A stretch of DNA of 64,000 nt from an uncultured bacterium (GTDB lineage Bacteria > Acidobacteriota > Thermoanaerobaculia > Multivoradales > JAHZIX01): NCBI GenBank assembly GCA_965368975.1, contig CBDUPA010000010.1, positions 32,001 to 96,000 on the forward strand, given 5' to 3'. Made by a program: the position numbers and the translations under genes. A model generated the notes under the pieces. It did not search any database. It was not told where the DNA came from and saw only the letters and a program-made list of their open reading frames with translations. Each line of letters opens with the position of its first letter. Positions within the stretch are counted from its first letter, which is position 1. This document shows, in pieces, positions 22,033 to 30,853 of the stretch.

Positions 22033-24773
22033 AGGTGTCCCTCTACCTCCGCACCGCCTGGCGCGAGTCGCGCGGCGCGCGCGGTCGCATGCTCTTCTTC
22101 GTCGCATGCTTGGCGGTGGGCGTGGCGGCGGTGGTGGCGGTCGCGTCACTGGCGTCGAGCCTGGACACCGCCGTGCGCGCGGAAGCGCGCCAGCTGCTCG
22201 CCGCCGACCTCAAGATCCGCGGTAACCAACCGCTCCCCGAGACGCTGCAGCGGGACCTGACGACCCTCGCTGGCGACGCTGGGATCGAGGCCGTCGGCGT
22301 CGAGCGCACCAATCTCAAGGAACTAGTGACCGTGGTCGCACGCTGGGCTCCGGAGCGGCCAGAAGGTGAGCCGCCTACCGGCGTCCCAGCTGCGAGCCAG
22401 CTGTCGGAGCTCAAGGTCGTCGATGGCACCTATCCCTTCTACGGCACGCTCGACCTCCAGCCGGCCCAACCACTGACCGACCTGCTGCTGCCCGACACCA
22501 CCGTCGTCGCCGCCGACCTGCTGCCGCGCCTGGGGGTCGATATCGGGGACTCGCTGAGCATTGGCGGCGAGAAGTTTCGCATCGCCGGGGTCGTGCTCTC
22601 CGAGCCGGATCGCGTTACCTTCACCTTGACGCTCGGCCCGCGCATCTTCCTGTCCACCGAGGGACTGGCTCGTACCAACCTCGAGACTTATGGTAGCCGC
22701 GTTCGCTACAGCGCCTTGATCCGCCTTCCCGACGGCACCACGCCACCGCAACTGCGAGCACTGGCCGCGGACTTGAACCAGCGCTTGGGCGGGCCAGAAA
22801 GGACTGAGCAGCAGGACGGACCCGACAGGCCAAACGACACAGACGAAACGACCGACTCGGCCCAGGACGACGATGTGCCCCAGGGCGTCTTCCGCGTCGA
22901 GACCTACGTCGAAGCACAGCCGAGCTTGCGTCAGGGGCTACGCCGCGTCGAACGCTACCTCGGCTTGGTAGCGCTGCTGTCGCTGCTGATCGGCGGTGTC
23001 GGCGTCGCGCAGACGGTGCGCGCCTGGCTGGCCGGGCGCCTGGACGCGGTGGCCATCCTCAAGTGCCTTGGGCTGCGGCCGCGCGAGGTCTTTGCGCTCT
23101 ATCTCGGGCAGGCGGCGGTGCTCGGCCTGGCCGGGAGTCTGGCCGGTATGCTGCTCGGCGCCCTAGTGCCGGCGGTGATTCCCTATGTCCTGGGAGATCT
23201 GATCGACGCCGACGCGATCAACCCCTGGCAGCCAGCCGCCCTGCTGCGGGGCCTGGTGCTCGGTCTCGGAGTCGCCCTGCTGTTCAGCCTGCCACCGCTG
23301 GCCGCGGTGCTGCGCGTGCCGCCGGTGCGCGTGCTCCGGCGCGCGGCCGAGCCGTTGCCGCCGGCACGGCAGACCGAGCGCCTCACCGCCGGTGCCCTGC
23401 TACTCGGCGTGCTGCTGATGGCCGTGCTCCAGGCCGGCGGCTGGACACTCGAAGCCTGGCAGTTGGGCGCTGCCTTCACCGCCGGCCTGACCCTCGTGAC
23501 GCTCCTCTTGCTGCTCGCTGCCCGCGGCGTGCAGACCGCCGTCGCCCGCCTGCCGCGGGAGCGCCTGGGCACCACCCGCGACGGCTCACGCGCCCGTCTC
23601 TACCTCCGCCAAGGACTGGCGGCGCTGGCCCGCCCAGGTGCCGGCACCAGCGGCGCCATGGTCGCCCTCGGCCTCGGCGTCCTGGTGGTGTTGTCGATGA
23701 GCCTGGTCCAGGGCCACCTGGCCAGGCAACTCGACGCCGAACTGCCGGCCGAAGCCCCCAGCGTCTTCCTGGTCGACATCCAGCCCGACCAGTGGAATGG
23801 CGTGCAGCAGCGGCTGGCCTCCAGCCAGGCCGAGGACATCGACTCGGTGCCAGTGGTCACCGCCCGCCTGGCCGCGATCGACGGCCGGCGCATCCGCGAG
23901 CTCCTGCGCTCGTCCGACCCGGAAGACCGCAGTCGGCGCTGGGCCTTGACGCGCGAGCAGCGACTGACCTGGCTCGACCGCTTGCCGGACGACAACCGCC
24001 TGGTCGAACAAACATCGCCGGACGCCACCCTGGACGCACCTTGGCAGCTGCCGGACGTGCTCGAAGCGACCGTCGACACCGGCTTCGCCGAGAACCTCCG
24101 CATCGGCCTCGGCTCGACGCTCACCTTCGACGTCCAGGGTGTCGAGTTGACGCTCACCGTCTCCAGTCTGCGCGAGATCCGCTGGGAGAGCTTCGGCCTC
24201 AACTTCTTCCTGGTCGCCGAGCCGGCAGCTCTCGAAGCCGCCCCCCACTTCCGTATCGCCACCGCGCAGGTGGCAGCCGAGGCCGAGCAGGGCCTGCAGG
24301 ACAACCTGGCAGCCGCCTTCCCGAACGTCACGGTGCTGCGCGTGCGCGCCATCCTCGAGAAGGTCATCGGCGTGCTCGAGCGACTGGGACTGGGTGTGCG
24401 CTTTCTCGGCGCCTTCACCATCCTGGCCGGCCTCGCCATCCTGGCCGGAGCCGTGAGCGCCGGCGCCGCCCGCCGCGGCCGCGAAGTCGCCCTGCTCAAG
24501 ACGCTGGGCACGACGCGCGCTGGCGTCGCGGCGATGTTCGCCGTCGAGTACACGTTGATCGGGCTGGTCGCCGGCCTGATCGGGGCCGCCGGTGGTGGCG
24601 TACTCTCGTGGGCGGTGCTCGAGTACGCCATGGACATCGACTACGAGTTCCAGCTGACGCCCTTCCTGAGCACCCTCGTCGGCATCACCGCCCTGACGCT
24701 GATCGCCGGCCTGGCCGCGAGCTGGAACGCCTTGCAACGGCGTCCGATCGACGTGCTGCGACAGGCGGAGTGA
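22029..24773 (+). CDS. ABC transporter permease (YbbP/FtsX-like)
   Basis: Duplicated FtsX-type TM blocks (AILKCLG, ALLKTLG) plus YPFYG and FLVDIQPDQ motifs. Confidence 0.9.
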   Translation: MKVSLYLRTAWRESRGARGRMLFFVACLAVGVAAVVAVASLASSLDTAVRAEARQLLAADLKIRGNQPLPETLQRDLTTLAGDAGIEAVGVERTNLKELVTVVARWAPERPEGEPPTGVPAASQLSELKVVDGTYPFYGTLDLQPAQPLTDLLLPDTTVVAADLLPRLGVDIGDSLSIGGEKFRIAGVVLSEPDRVTFTLTLGPRIFLSTEGLARTNLETYGSRVRYSALIRLPDGTTPPQLRALAADLNQRLGGPERTEQQDGPDRPNDTDETTDSAQDDDVPQGVFRVETYVEAQPSLRQGLRRVERYLGLVALLSLLIGGVGVAQTVRAWLAGRLDAVAILKCLGLRPREVFALYLGQAAVLGLAGSLAGMLLGALVPAVIPYVLGDLIDADAINPWQPAALLRGLVLGLGVALLFSLPPLAAVLRVPPVRVLRRAAEPLPPARQTERLTAGALLLGVLLMAVLQAGGWTLEAWQLGAAFTAGLTLVTLLLLLAARGVQTAVARLPRERLGTTRDGSRARLYLRQGLAALARPGAGTSGAMVALGLGVLVVLSMSLVQGHLARQLDAELPAEAPSVFLVDIQPDQWNGVQQRLASSQAEDIDSVPVVTARLAAIDGRRIRELLRSSDPEDRSRRWALTREQRLTWLDRLPDDNRLVEQTSPDATLDAPWQLPDVLEATVDTGFAENLRIGLGSTLTFDVQGVELTLTVSSLREIRWESFGLNFFLVAEPAALEAAPHFRIATAQVAAEAEQGLQDNLAAAFPNVTVLRVRAILEKVIGVLERLGLGVRFLGAFTILAGLAILAGAVSAGAARRGREVALLKTLGTTRAGVAAMFAVEYTLIGLVAGLIGAAGGGVLSWAVLEYAMDIDYEFQLTPFLSTLVGITALTLIAGLAASWNALQRRPIDVLRQAE

Positions 24774-24959
24774 GCCGCTCTCGATCGAGACTTCTGCGCG
24801 GCTTGCGCCCCTGGGCAAGTCCAGCGCCAGGTGGTATCGTCAGACAGTGGTGGAGTCAAACTCGCCCGCTCTCATTCCCTACCCCAATCCCTATCCAGAT
24901 GGCGCCTCAGGTGACGCACCCAGATGCCGACTCACCCGCAAGAAAGGCTTGATCTATCC

Positions 24960-26432
24960 ATGGACCAGGAGCCGAAGCTTCCTCGCCACGCTCTGACCTT
25001 CGACGACGTCCTCCTGCTACCCGGACGCTCGGAGGTCCACCCCAACCTCGTCGACCTGCAGACCCAGCTGTGCCGCGGCATCAGCATGAACATCCCGCTG
25101 CTGAGCGCCGCCATGGACACCGTCACCGAGTCGCGTCTGGCCATCGCGCTGGCACAAGCCGGCGGCATCGGTGTCATTCACAAGAACTTCTCCATCTCGC
25201 GCCAGAAGGAAGAAGTCGATCGCGTCAAGCGCTCGGAAGCCGGCATGATCGTCGACCCGGTGACCATGCGGCCGTACCAGAAGATTCGCGAAGCGCTCGA
25301 CATGATGGCGCACTACAAGATCTCGGGCGTTCCCGTGACCGACGACGACGGCCATCTCGTCGGCATCCTGACCAACCGCGATCTGCGCTTCGAGGAGAAC
25401 GTCGAGCGTCGCATCGACGAGTTGATGACCAAGGACAAGCTGGTCACTGTGCCCCAGGGCACCACGCTCGAGCAGGCCAAGGCGAAGCTGCACGAGCACC
25501 GCATCGAGAAGCTCCTGGTGGTCGACGACGAAGGGGCGCTCAAGGGCCTGATCACGGTCAAGGACATCCAGAAAGCCACCGAGTTCCCCAAAGCCTGCAA
25601 GGACGAACTCGGCCGCCTGCGCGTCGCCGCAGCCATCGGCGCCAGCGGTGATTTCGTCGAGCGCGCGCAAGCGCTGGTCGAGGCCAAGGTCGACCTGCTG
25701 GTCCTCGACTCGTCGCACGCCCACAGTCGCGGCGTCCTGGACGCCACCGAGAAGGTCCGACGCATCCTGCCGGACACCCGCTTGATGGTGGGCAACGTCG
25801 CGACGGCCCGAGGCGTACGCGACCTGATCTCTCTCGACGTCGACGCGATCAAGGTCGGCATCGGTCCCGGCAGCATTTGCACCACCCGCGTCGTCACCGG
25901 CGTCGGTGTGCCGCAGATCACCGCGGTCAGTGATTGCGCGCGCGTCGCTGCCGAACACGGCGTGCCGGTGGTCGCCGACGGTGGCATCAAGTTCACTGGT
26001 GACGTCACCAAGGCCATCGCCGCCGGCGCCCACAGCGTCATGATCGGTTCACTGTTCGCCGGCACCGAGGAAAGCCCTGGCGAAACCATCCTCTACCAGG
26101 GCCGCACCTTCAAAGCCTACCGCGGCATGGGCTCACTCTCCGCCATGGCCCAGGGCAGCGCCGATCGCTACTTCCAGGAAGACGGGGCTCTGAGCAAGAT
26201 GGTGCCAGAAGGCATTGAGGGCATGGTGCCGTACAAGGGCAGCGTCCACAAGATGCTCGATCAGCTCACCGGTGGCCTGCGCTCCGGCATGGGCCTGTCC
26301 GGTTGCGCGACGATCGACGAGTTGCGCACCAGGGCCGAGTTCATCCGCATCTCCGCCGCGGGTCTGAAGGAGAGCCACGCGCACGACGTGGTGATCACCA
26401 AGGAAGCGCCAAACTACTGGGTCGAGCGCTAA
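24960..26432 (+). CDS. guaB: IMP dehydrogenase
   Basis: [17 protein letters not shown], a CBS pair, [17 protein letters not shown] and VPEGIEG. Confidence 0.98.
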   Translation: MDQEPKLPRHALTFDDVLLLPGRSEVHPNLVDLQTQLCRGISMNIPLLSAAMDTVTESRLAIALAQAGGIGVIHKNFSISRQKEEVDRVKRSEAGMIVDPVTMRPYQKIREALDMMAHYKISGVPVTDDDGHLVGILTNRDLRFEENVERRIDELMTKDKLVTVPQGTTLEQAKAKLHEHRIEKLLVVDDEGALKGLITVKDIQKATEFPKACKDELGRLRVAAAIGASGDFVERAQALVEAKVDLLVLDSSHAHSRGVLDATEKVRRILPDTRLMVGNVATARGVRDLISLDVDAIKVGIGPGSICTTRVVTGVGVPQITAVSDCARVAAEHGVPVVADGGIKFTGDVTKAIAAGAHSVMIGSLFAGTEESPGETILYQGRTFKAYRGMGSLSAMAQGSADRYFQEDGALSKMVPEGIEGMVPYKGSVHKMLDQLTGGLRSGMGLSGCATIDELRTRAEFIRISAAGLKESHAHDVVITKEAPNYWVER

Positions 26433-26453
26433 GCTCACCGGAGCGCGCCAGCG

Positions 26454-29400
26454 TCAGAGCATCGCCTCCGCCGCCTTGCGCTCCAGCAGTCCGTAGCCAT
26501 CGGTATCGGCCAGCTGCCGCATCTGGGACAGCGTGTCTTCGGCGGCGCGCCGGCGGTCTAGGGAGACCTGGATGCGGCCCTTGACCAGGCGTGCTTCGAG
26601 CTCCGGCAGGCGCAGGCCAAGTTCAGCGGTGCGGCGCAGCACGCCTTCCAGGTCGGAAAGAGCCGAGTCGGCACTGCCCATGGCGGCTTTGACTTCGGCG
26701 CGCACGACCGCGACACGCAAGCAGATCTCAACCGTCTCGCTGTTCTTGCACAGGCGATCGGCTTCGTCGATCGCTTGCCAGGCGGCGCTCAGGCGGCGCT
26801 CGCGGCGCTGGATGGCGGCGACCACGGAAAGGGCTCGGGAGAGGCGGTCGGTGGCCCGCTCCTGGCGGAACTCGATGACCGCCTGTTCGGCTCGCTGCAG
26901 GGCCTCGCGGCCACGGCCTTCCTCATTCAGCAACTCGGCCAGAGCCAGCTGTGCAGCGGCAGCCTCGCCGGCTTCGCCGAGTTCCCGGCGCATGTCCAAC
27001 ACCTGCTCGTAGGTCTGACGGGCGCCGATCAGGTCGCCCTCGAGCACCATCAGTTCGGCTTCGCCGGCCAGGGCCGAGGCGGTCAGGCTGCGGTTGCTCA
27101 TCTCGCGACTGATTTCGAGCGCAGCCTGGTAGTTGCGCCGCGCCTCGCGCAGCGCACCGCGCGCTTGCAAGACGCGGCCGAGGTTGATCAGGGCCGACGC
27201 CTCGCCCAGACGCTGGTCGATGTCACGCCACTGTTCGAGCGCCTGCCGGTGCCCCTCCTCAGCGGCGACCAGGTCACCACGCTTGCGGTCGATGGCGGCC
27301 AGGTTGTCGAGGGCGGAGGCTTGCGCCGGTAGGTTGAGCGTCTCGGAGTAGAGCTCCAGGGCACGCACGAACTCGGCGCGCGCTCCCGCCAGATCACCGC
27401 GCTGCACCTGCATCACCGCCAGATTACTGCGCGCGTAGGCTTCGCCGGTTTCGTTGCCGGTCTCCTCACACAAGGCCAGCGCCTCACGGTACAGCTCCTC
27501 GGCCAGACGCAGATCGCCCTGCTGCTTGCGGATCAGCGCCAGGTTGTTGAGGACGAGCGCACCGTTGGCCCGGTCGCCGAGGCGCTCGAAGACAGCACGG
27601 GCGCGCGTGTAGTTCTCGAGCGCCGCCTCCAGGTCGCCCTGATCGCGCAGCAGGTTCCCCAAGTGGGTCAGGCCACGCGCGGCACCGGCTTCGTTGCCGG
27701 CCTCCTGGTAGAGGTCGATCGCCTCGCGACACAATGCGTAGGCTTGCTGCGGGTCCTCGAGTACACGCAGGGCAGCAGCCTGGGTGATCAAGGCGGCGGC
27801 GCGAACCTGACGGGCTTGCTGTGCTTCGGCCTTGGCGGCGGCGCGCTCGGCGGCACGCCGCTGGAGGTCGTAGTCGGCCAGGCGGGCGGCTGCCTCGGCC
27901 TCGGCGAGGTCGATGCGCGGGTCCTGGCCCACCGGTGCTGGCAACCGCTGCAGCATCTGAGCGGTGTGTAGACTCTCACCCGCCTCGCCAGCGGCCAGCT
28001 GTGCGGCGGCCAGCTGAAGACCGTATTCGAGTTCGTCAGGGAAGCTCTCCCACAGCTTCTGGTACAGCTCACGCGCAAGCTGCCACTTGCCGGCAGTTTC
28101 GTGGTAGCGCGCTTCGACCCACAGGCGCTCTTCTTCGGGCAGGCCCTCGGACAGCCGGTACGCACGGGCGGCGGCTGTCTGGGCTTCGTGGGTGTAGCCG
28201 AGCAGCATCCAAGCACTGGCCAGGGCATCGTGTGCCAAGGCATTGTCGGGCTCGGCGCGGGTCACTTGCTGCAGCAAATCGCGAGCGGCGGCCGCCTGGC
28301 CTTGCTGCAGCGCAGCCAACCCCTGAGCGTAGACGCGGGCAACACGATCGTCGCGCGGCAGCAGCGAGCCGGGCATGCCGGCTTGCGACAACTCACCGGC
28401 GGAGGAACCGATGGTCTCTAGCACATGATGGGCCAGTTGGACCGCCATCGGTCGCAGGTTGTCGAGTTGTGCGCTTTCGGTGAAGGTGCCAACTGTCGTC
28501 TTCTCGCGGGTGCTCTGCAGGTTGAGGTTGAGCCGCACCTGCTCGGCACCCTCTTGGAGAAAGGCTCCAACGACCACGTAGTCGGCACCGGTCAGCAGGC
28601 GCACCTGCTCGAGAGCCGGCACCGGCAGGCCGGCGGAAGGTTCGAGCGCCAGATCTCGGCGCGCACGGGCGACCAGAGCACCGGGCACGACGCGCAGGTC
28701 GGTGCCGGCTTCGAGACCGTCCTTGAGCAGCTCGGTGAACGTCGACGACAGCCACTCGACATCCTGGGCCGGCGTCTTGAAACCGAGCACCGCCACAGAG
28801 GTCCGCGGCTCGACGGCGAGCAGCGAGACGTTGCCCAGCGTCGCTTCGCGCTGTCTCCACTCTTTGTACCGCTGGAAGCCGAAGATGCCGATGACCGCGA
28901 TCACCAGGACCATCACGGCGACCAGGGTCCACTCGCGCCGCCTGTCCTGACGTTCGTGCGTCTCGGAAGCGCCGACATAGGAGTCGCGACCACCGGTACC
29001 CGAAAGGCCAGCCGCGGCCAGGAGTTCTGGCGGCACTTCACCGGTACTCGGCGGTACGAAAACGGACCCGGCCATCGACGACGTCATGGCGGAGGGGTTG
29101 GCGTCGCCGGTATCTTCCAGGGCTTCCAGGACAGCCTGCGCCGACTGGTAGCGATCCTCGGGCTTGCGCGCCAGGCAGCGCAGGATCACGCGCTCCCAGC
29201 GTTCTTCGAGCAGCGGCGCGAATTCGCGCGGTGACGGTGGTGGTTCTCGTAGCCGCTTGACAGCGGTCGAGATGACGCTCTCCCCGGTGAACGGCAAGCG
29301 GCCAGTGACCATCTCGAACATCACGACGCCCAGGGCGTAGAGGTCGGCCGCTTGCGTCACCTCGGCACCCTCGACCTGCTCGGGTGCCATGTAAGCCGGT

Positions 29401-30653
29401 GTCCCGATGACGCCATCGGTGACGGTCACCGCCTTGAAGGCGTCAGCATTCGTGCTCATGCGCGCCAGGCCGAAGTCCGTGATCACGGCACGCGGCTCGT
29501 CGCCGTCGGTCGCCGGTACCAGCATAACGTTGCGGCTCTTGAAGTCGCGGTGGATGACACCGGCCCGGTGGGCCGCCTGCAGCGCCTCGGCAATCTGGCG
29601 CAGGATTGGCAGTGCCGACTCGGTCGACATGGCACCGTGGCGGTCGAGGTGGTCGGCCAGGGTCGGGCCTTCGAGCAGCTCCATGGTCAGGTAGATGACC
29701 GGCGAACGCCCAGCAAGGAGGTGGTGGGACACATCGTAGATGCGGCAAACGTTGGCGTGGGTCACCTTGCGCGCCAGGTGGATCTCGCGCTTGAATCGGT
29801 CGATGGCAGCAGCGTCCTGAGCCACGTCCTGACGCACGGTCTTGACCGCCACTCGCTCACGCAATTCCAAATCCTCGGCGGCGTAGACGTCGCCCATGCC
29901 GCCCTGAGCGATGAACTTGACGATGCGGTAGCGCTCACTGAGCACGTCACCGCCGCGGAACATCGCCTCGCTCGGCAGAGCCGGCCCGCGAGTTCCAGAA
30001 GCATGATCACCAGCAGTACCACGACCTCCAGGGCCGTCCAGAACGGTCGGATGGGTGTCCGCGATGCCACGCCCACCACCGCCGTGCGAGATCGGACTCG
30101 TGCTACCGGGACGAGCCGTGCCGCCCGGGCGCGCCGTGCTGTCGGCCCCGCGTGGCCGAGCGTGGATCGACGGCTGGCTGCCGGAGTCTGGCGCCAGAGT
30201 CGCCGTATAGCTGTCGTTCTTGGGCGCCTCCCGGGGGCGCTTGGGCGGCGTGATGGTGATGCTGGAACCATCGCGACCTGAAGCCGTAGCCGGAGGCGGT
30301 GTGATTCGCGTCGGGGTCTTCGCGGCTGTTGGCTTGGCAGCTGCGGCGCCAGGAGGCTGGATGCGCGGGGCACTGGCAGGAGCCTTGGCCGCAGGCGCGG
30401 GCGAGCTTGGTGCGCTCGGCGCCGGAGCTTGCGGCGCCAGAGCTTGCGGCGCCGGAGCCTGCGGTGCCGGAGCTGGCGGCACGGTGCCCGCTGACGGCGG
30501 CGACGCTCGGCGGCGCACCACGAACGCCTGCTGGCAGGAACTACAGCGCACACGAACGCGCTCACTGTCACCCGGCGGCAGAGCGAACTGCAGCCGCGTC
30601 TGGCAATGTGGGCACGTGACGGCGATGCGTTGGGCTGAGTTGGCGTCCGACAT
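26454..30653 (-). CDS. Zinc-ribbon (MJ0042-like) membrane Ser/Thr protein kinase with extracytoplasmic TPR array
   Basis: CPHC...CSSC, a Pro/Ala linker, then GGMGDVY, VAVK, HRDFKSRN, DFG and APE. One TM helix, a SVAVLGF (TolB-N-like) domain and many TPRs follow. Confidence 0.9.
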   Translation of the reverse strand: MSDANSAQRIAVTCPHCQTRLQFALPPGDSERVRVRCSSCQQAFVVRRRASPPSAGTVPPAPAPQAPAPQALAPQAPAPSAPSSPAPAAKAPASAPRIQPPGAAAAKPTAAKTPTRITPPPATASGRDGSSITITPPKRPREAPKNDSYTATLAPDSGSQPSIHARPRGADSTARPGGTARPGSTSPISHGGGGRGIADTHPTVLDGPGGRGTAGDHASGTRGPALPSEAMFRGGDVLSERYRIVKFIAQGGMGDVYAAEDLELRERVAVKTVRQDVAQDAAAIDRFKREIHLARKVTHANVCRIYDVSHHLLAGRSPVIYLTMELLEGPTLADHLDRHGAMSTESALPILRQIAEALQAAHRAGVIHRDFKSRNVMLVPATDGDEPRAVITDFGLARMSTNADAFKAVTVTDGVIGTPAYMAPEQVEGAEVTQAADLYALGVVMFEMVTGRLPFTGESVISTAVKRLREPPPSPREFAPLLEERWERVILRCLARKPEDRYQSAQAVLEALEDTGDANPSAMTSSMAGSVFVPPSTGEVPPELLAAAGLSGTGGRDSYVGASETHERQDRRREWTLVAVMVLVIAVIGIFGFQRYKEWRQREATLGNVSLLAVEPRTSVAVLGFKTPAQDVEWLSSTFTELLKDGLEAGTDLRVVPGALVARARRDLALEPSAGLPVPALEQVRLLTGADYVVVGAFLQEGAEQVRLNLNLQSTREKTTVGTFTESAQLDNLRPMAVQLAHHVLETIGSSAGELSQAGMPGSLLPRDDRVARVYAQGLAALQQGQAAAARDLLQQVTRAEPDNALAHDALASAWMLLGYTHEAQTAAARAYRLSEGLPEEERLWVEARYHETAGKWQLARELYQKLWESFPDELEYGLQLAAAQLAAGEAGESLHTAQMLQRLPAPVGQDPRIDLAEAEAAARLADYDLQRRAAERAAAKAEAQQARQVRAAALITQAAALRVLEDPQQAYALCREAIDLYQEAGNEAGAARGLTHLGNLLRDQGDLEAALENYTRARAVFERLGDRANGALVLNNLALIRKQQGDLRLAEELYREALALCEETGNETGEAYARSNLAVMQVQRGDLAGARAEFVRALELYSETLNLPAQASALDNLAAIDRKRGDLVAAEEGHRQALEQWRDIDQRLGEASALINLGRVLQARGALREARRNYQAALEISREMSNRSLTASALAGEAELMVLEGDLIGARQTYEQVLDMRRELGEAGEAAAAQLALAELLNEEGRGREALQRAEQAVIEFRQERATDRLSRALSVVAAIQRRERRLSAAWQAIDEADRLCKNSETVEICLRVAVVRAEVKAAMGSADSALSDLEGVLRRTAELGLRLPELEARLVKGRIQVSLDRRRAAEDTLSQMRQLADTDGYGLLERKAAEAML

Positions 30654-30688
30654 GGTTCCTGTGCGAGAGTCCTCTCCGGGAGAGCTAG

Positions 30689-30768
30689 CGATCGGTCGTA
30701 CTGTTGACCGGCCGTAGTGTCGACCGGTCGTGGTGTTGACCGGCCGTAGTGTCGACCGGTCGTGGTAA
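30689..30768. repeat. Intergenic 16-bp tandem repeat x5 with alternating units and palindromic core
   Basis: cgatcggtcgtactgt / tgaccggccgtagtgt / cgaccggtcgtggtgt / tgaccggccgtagtgt / cgaccggtcgtggtaa. Confidence 0.9.
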
Positions 30769-30853
30769 TACCCGGCCTCATTCTTGGCCCAGCCGTGTTT
30801 GTAGGCGGAGTCAGACGATCAGTCTATCAGCTGCCGGTGTGCTTCCCTCGGCA

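Noticed and set aside
23063-24952. 629-aa Arg/Pro/Gly-rich ORF overlapping the ABC permease
   Set aside because: It is an alternative-frame artefact of high GC, with low-complexity composition and no domain motifs.
30689-30768. Possible CRISPR array
   Set aside because: Units are 16 bp, directly adjacent with no unique spacers, and there are no cas genes.
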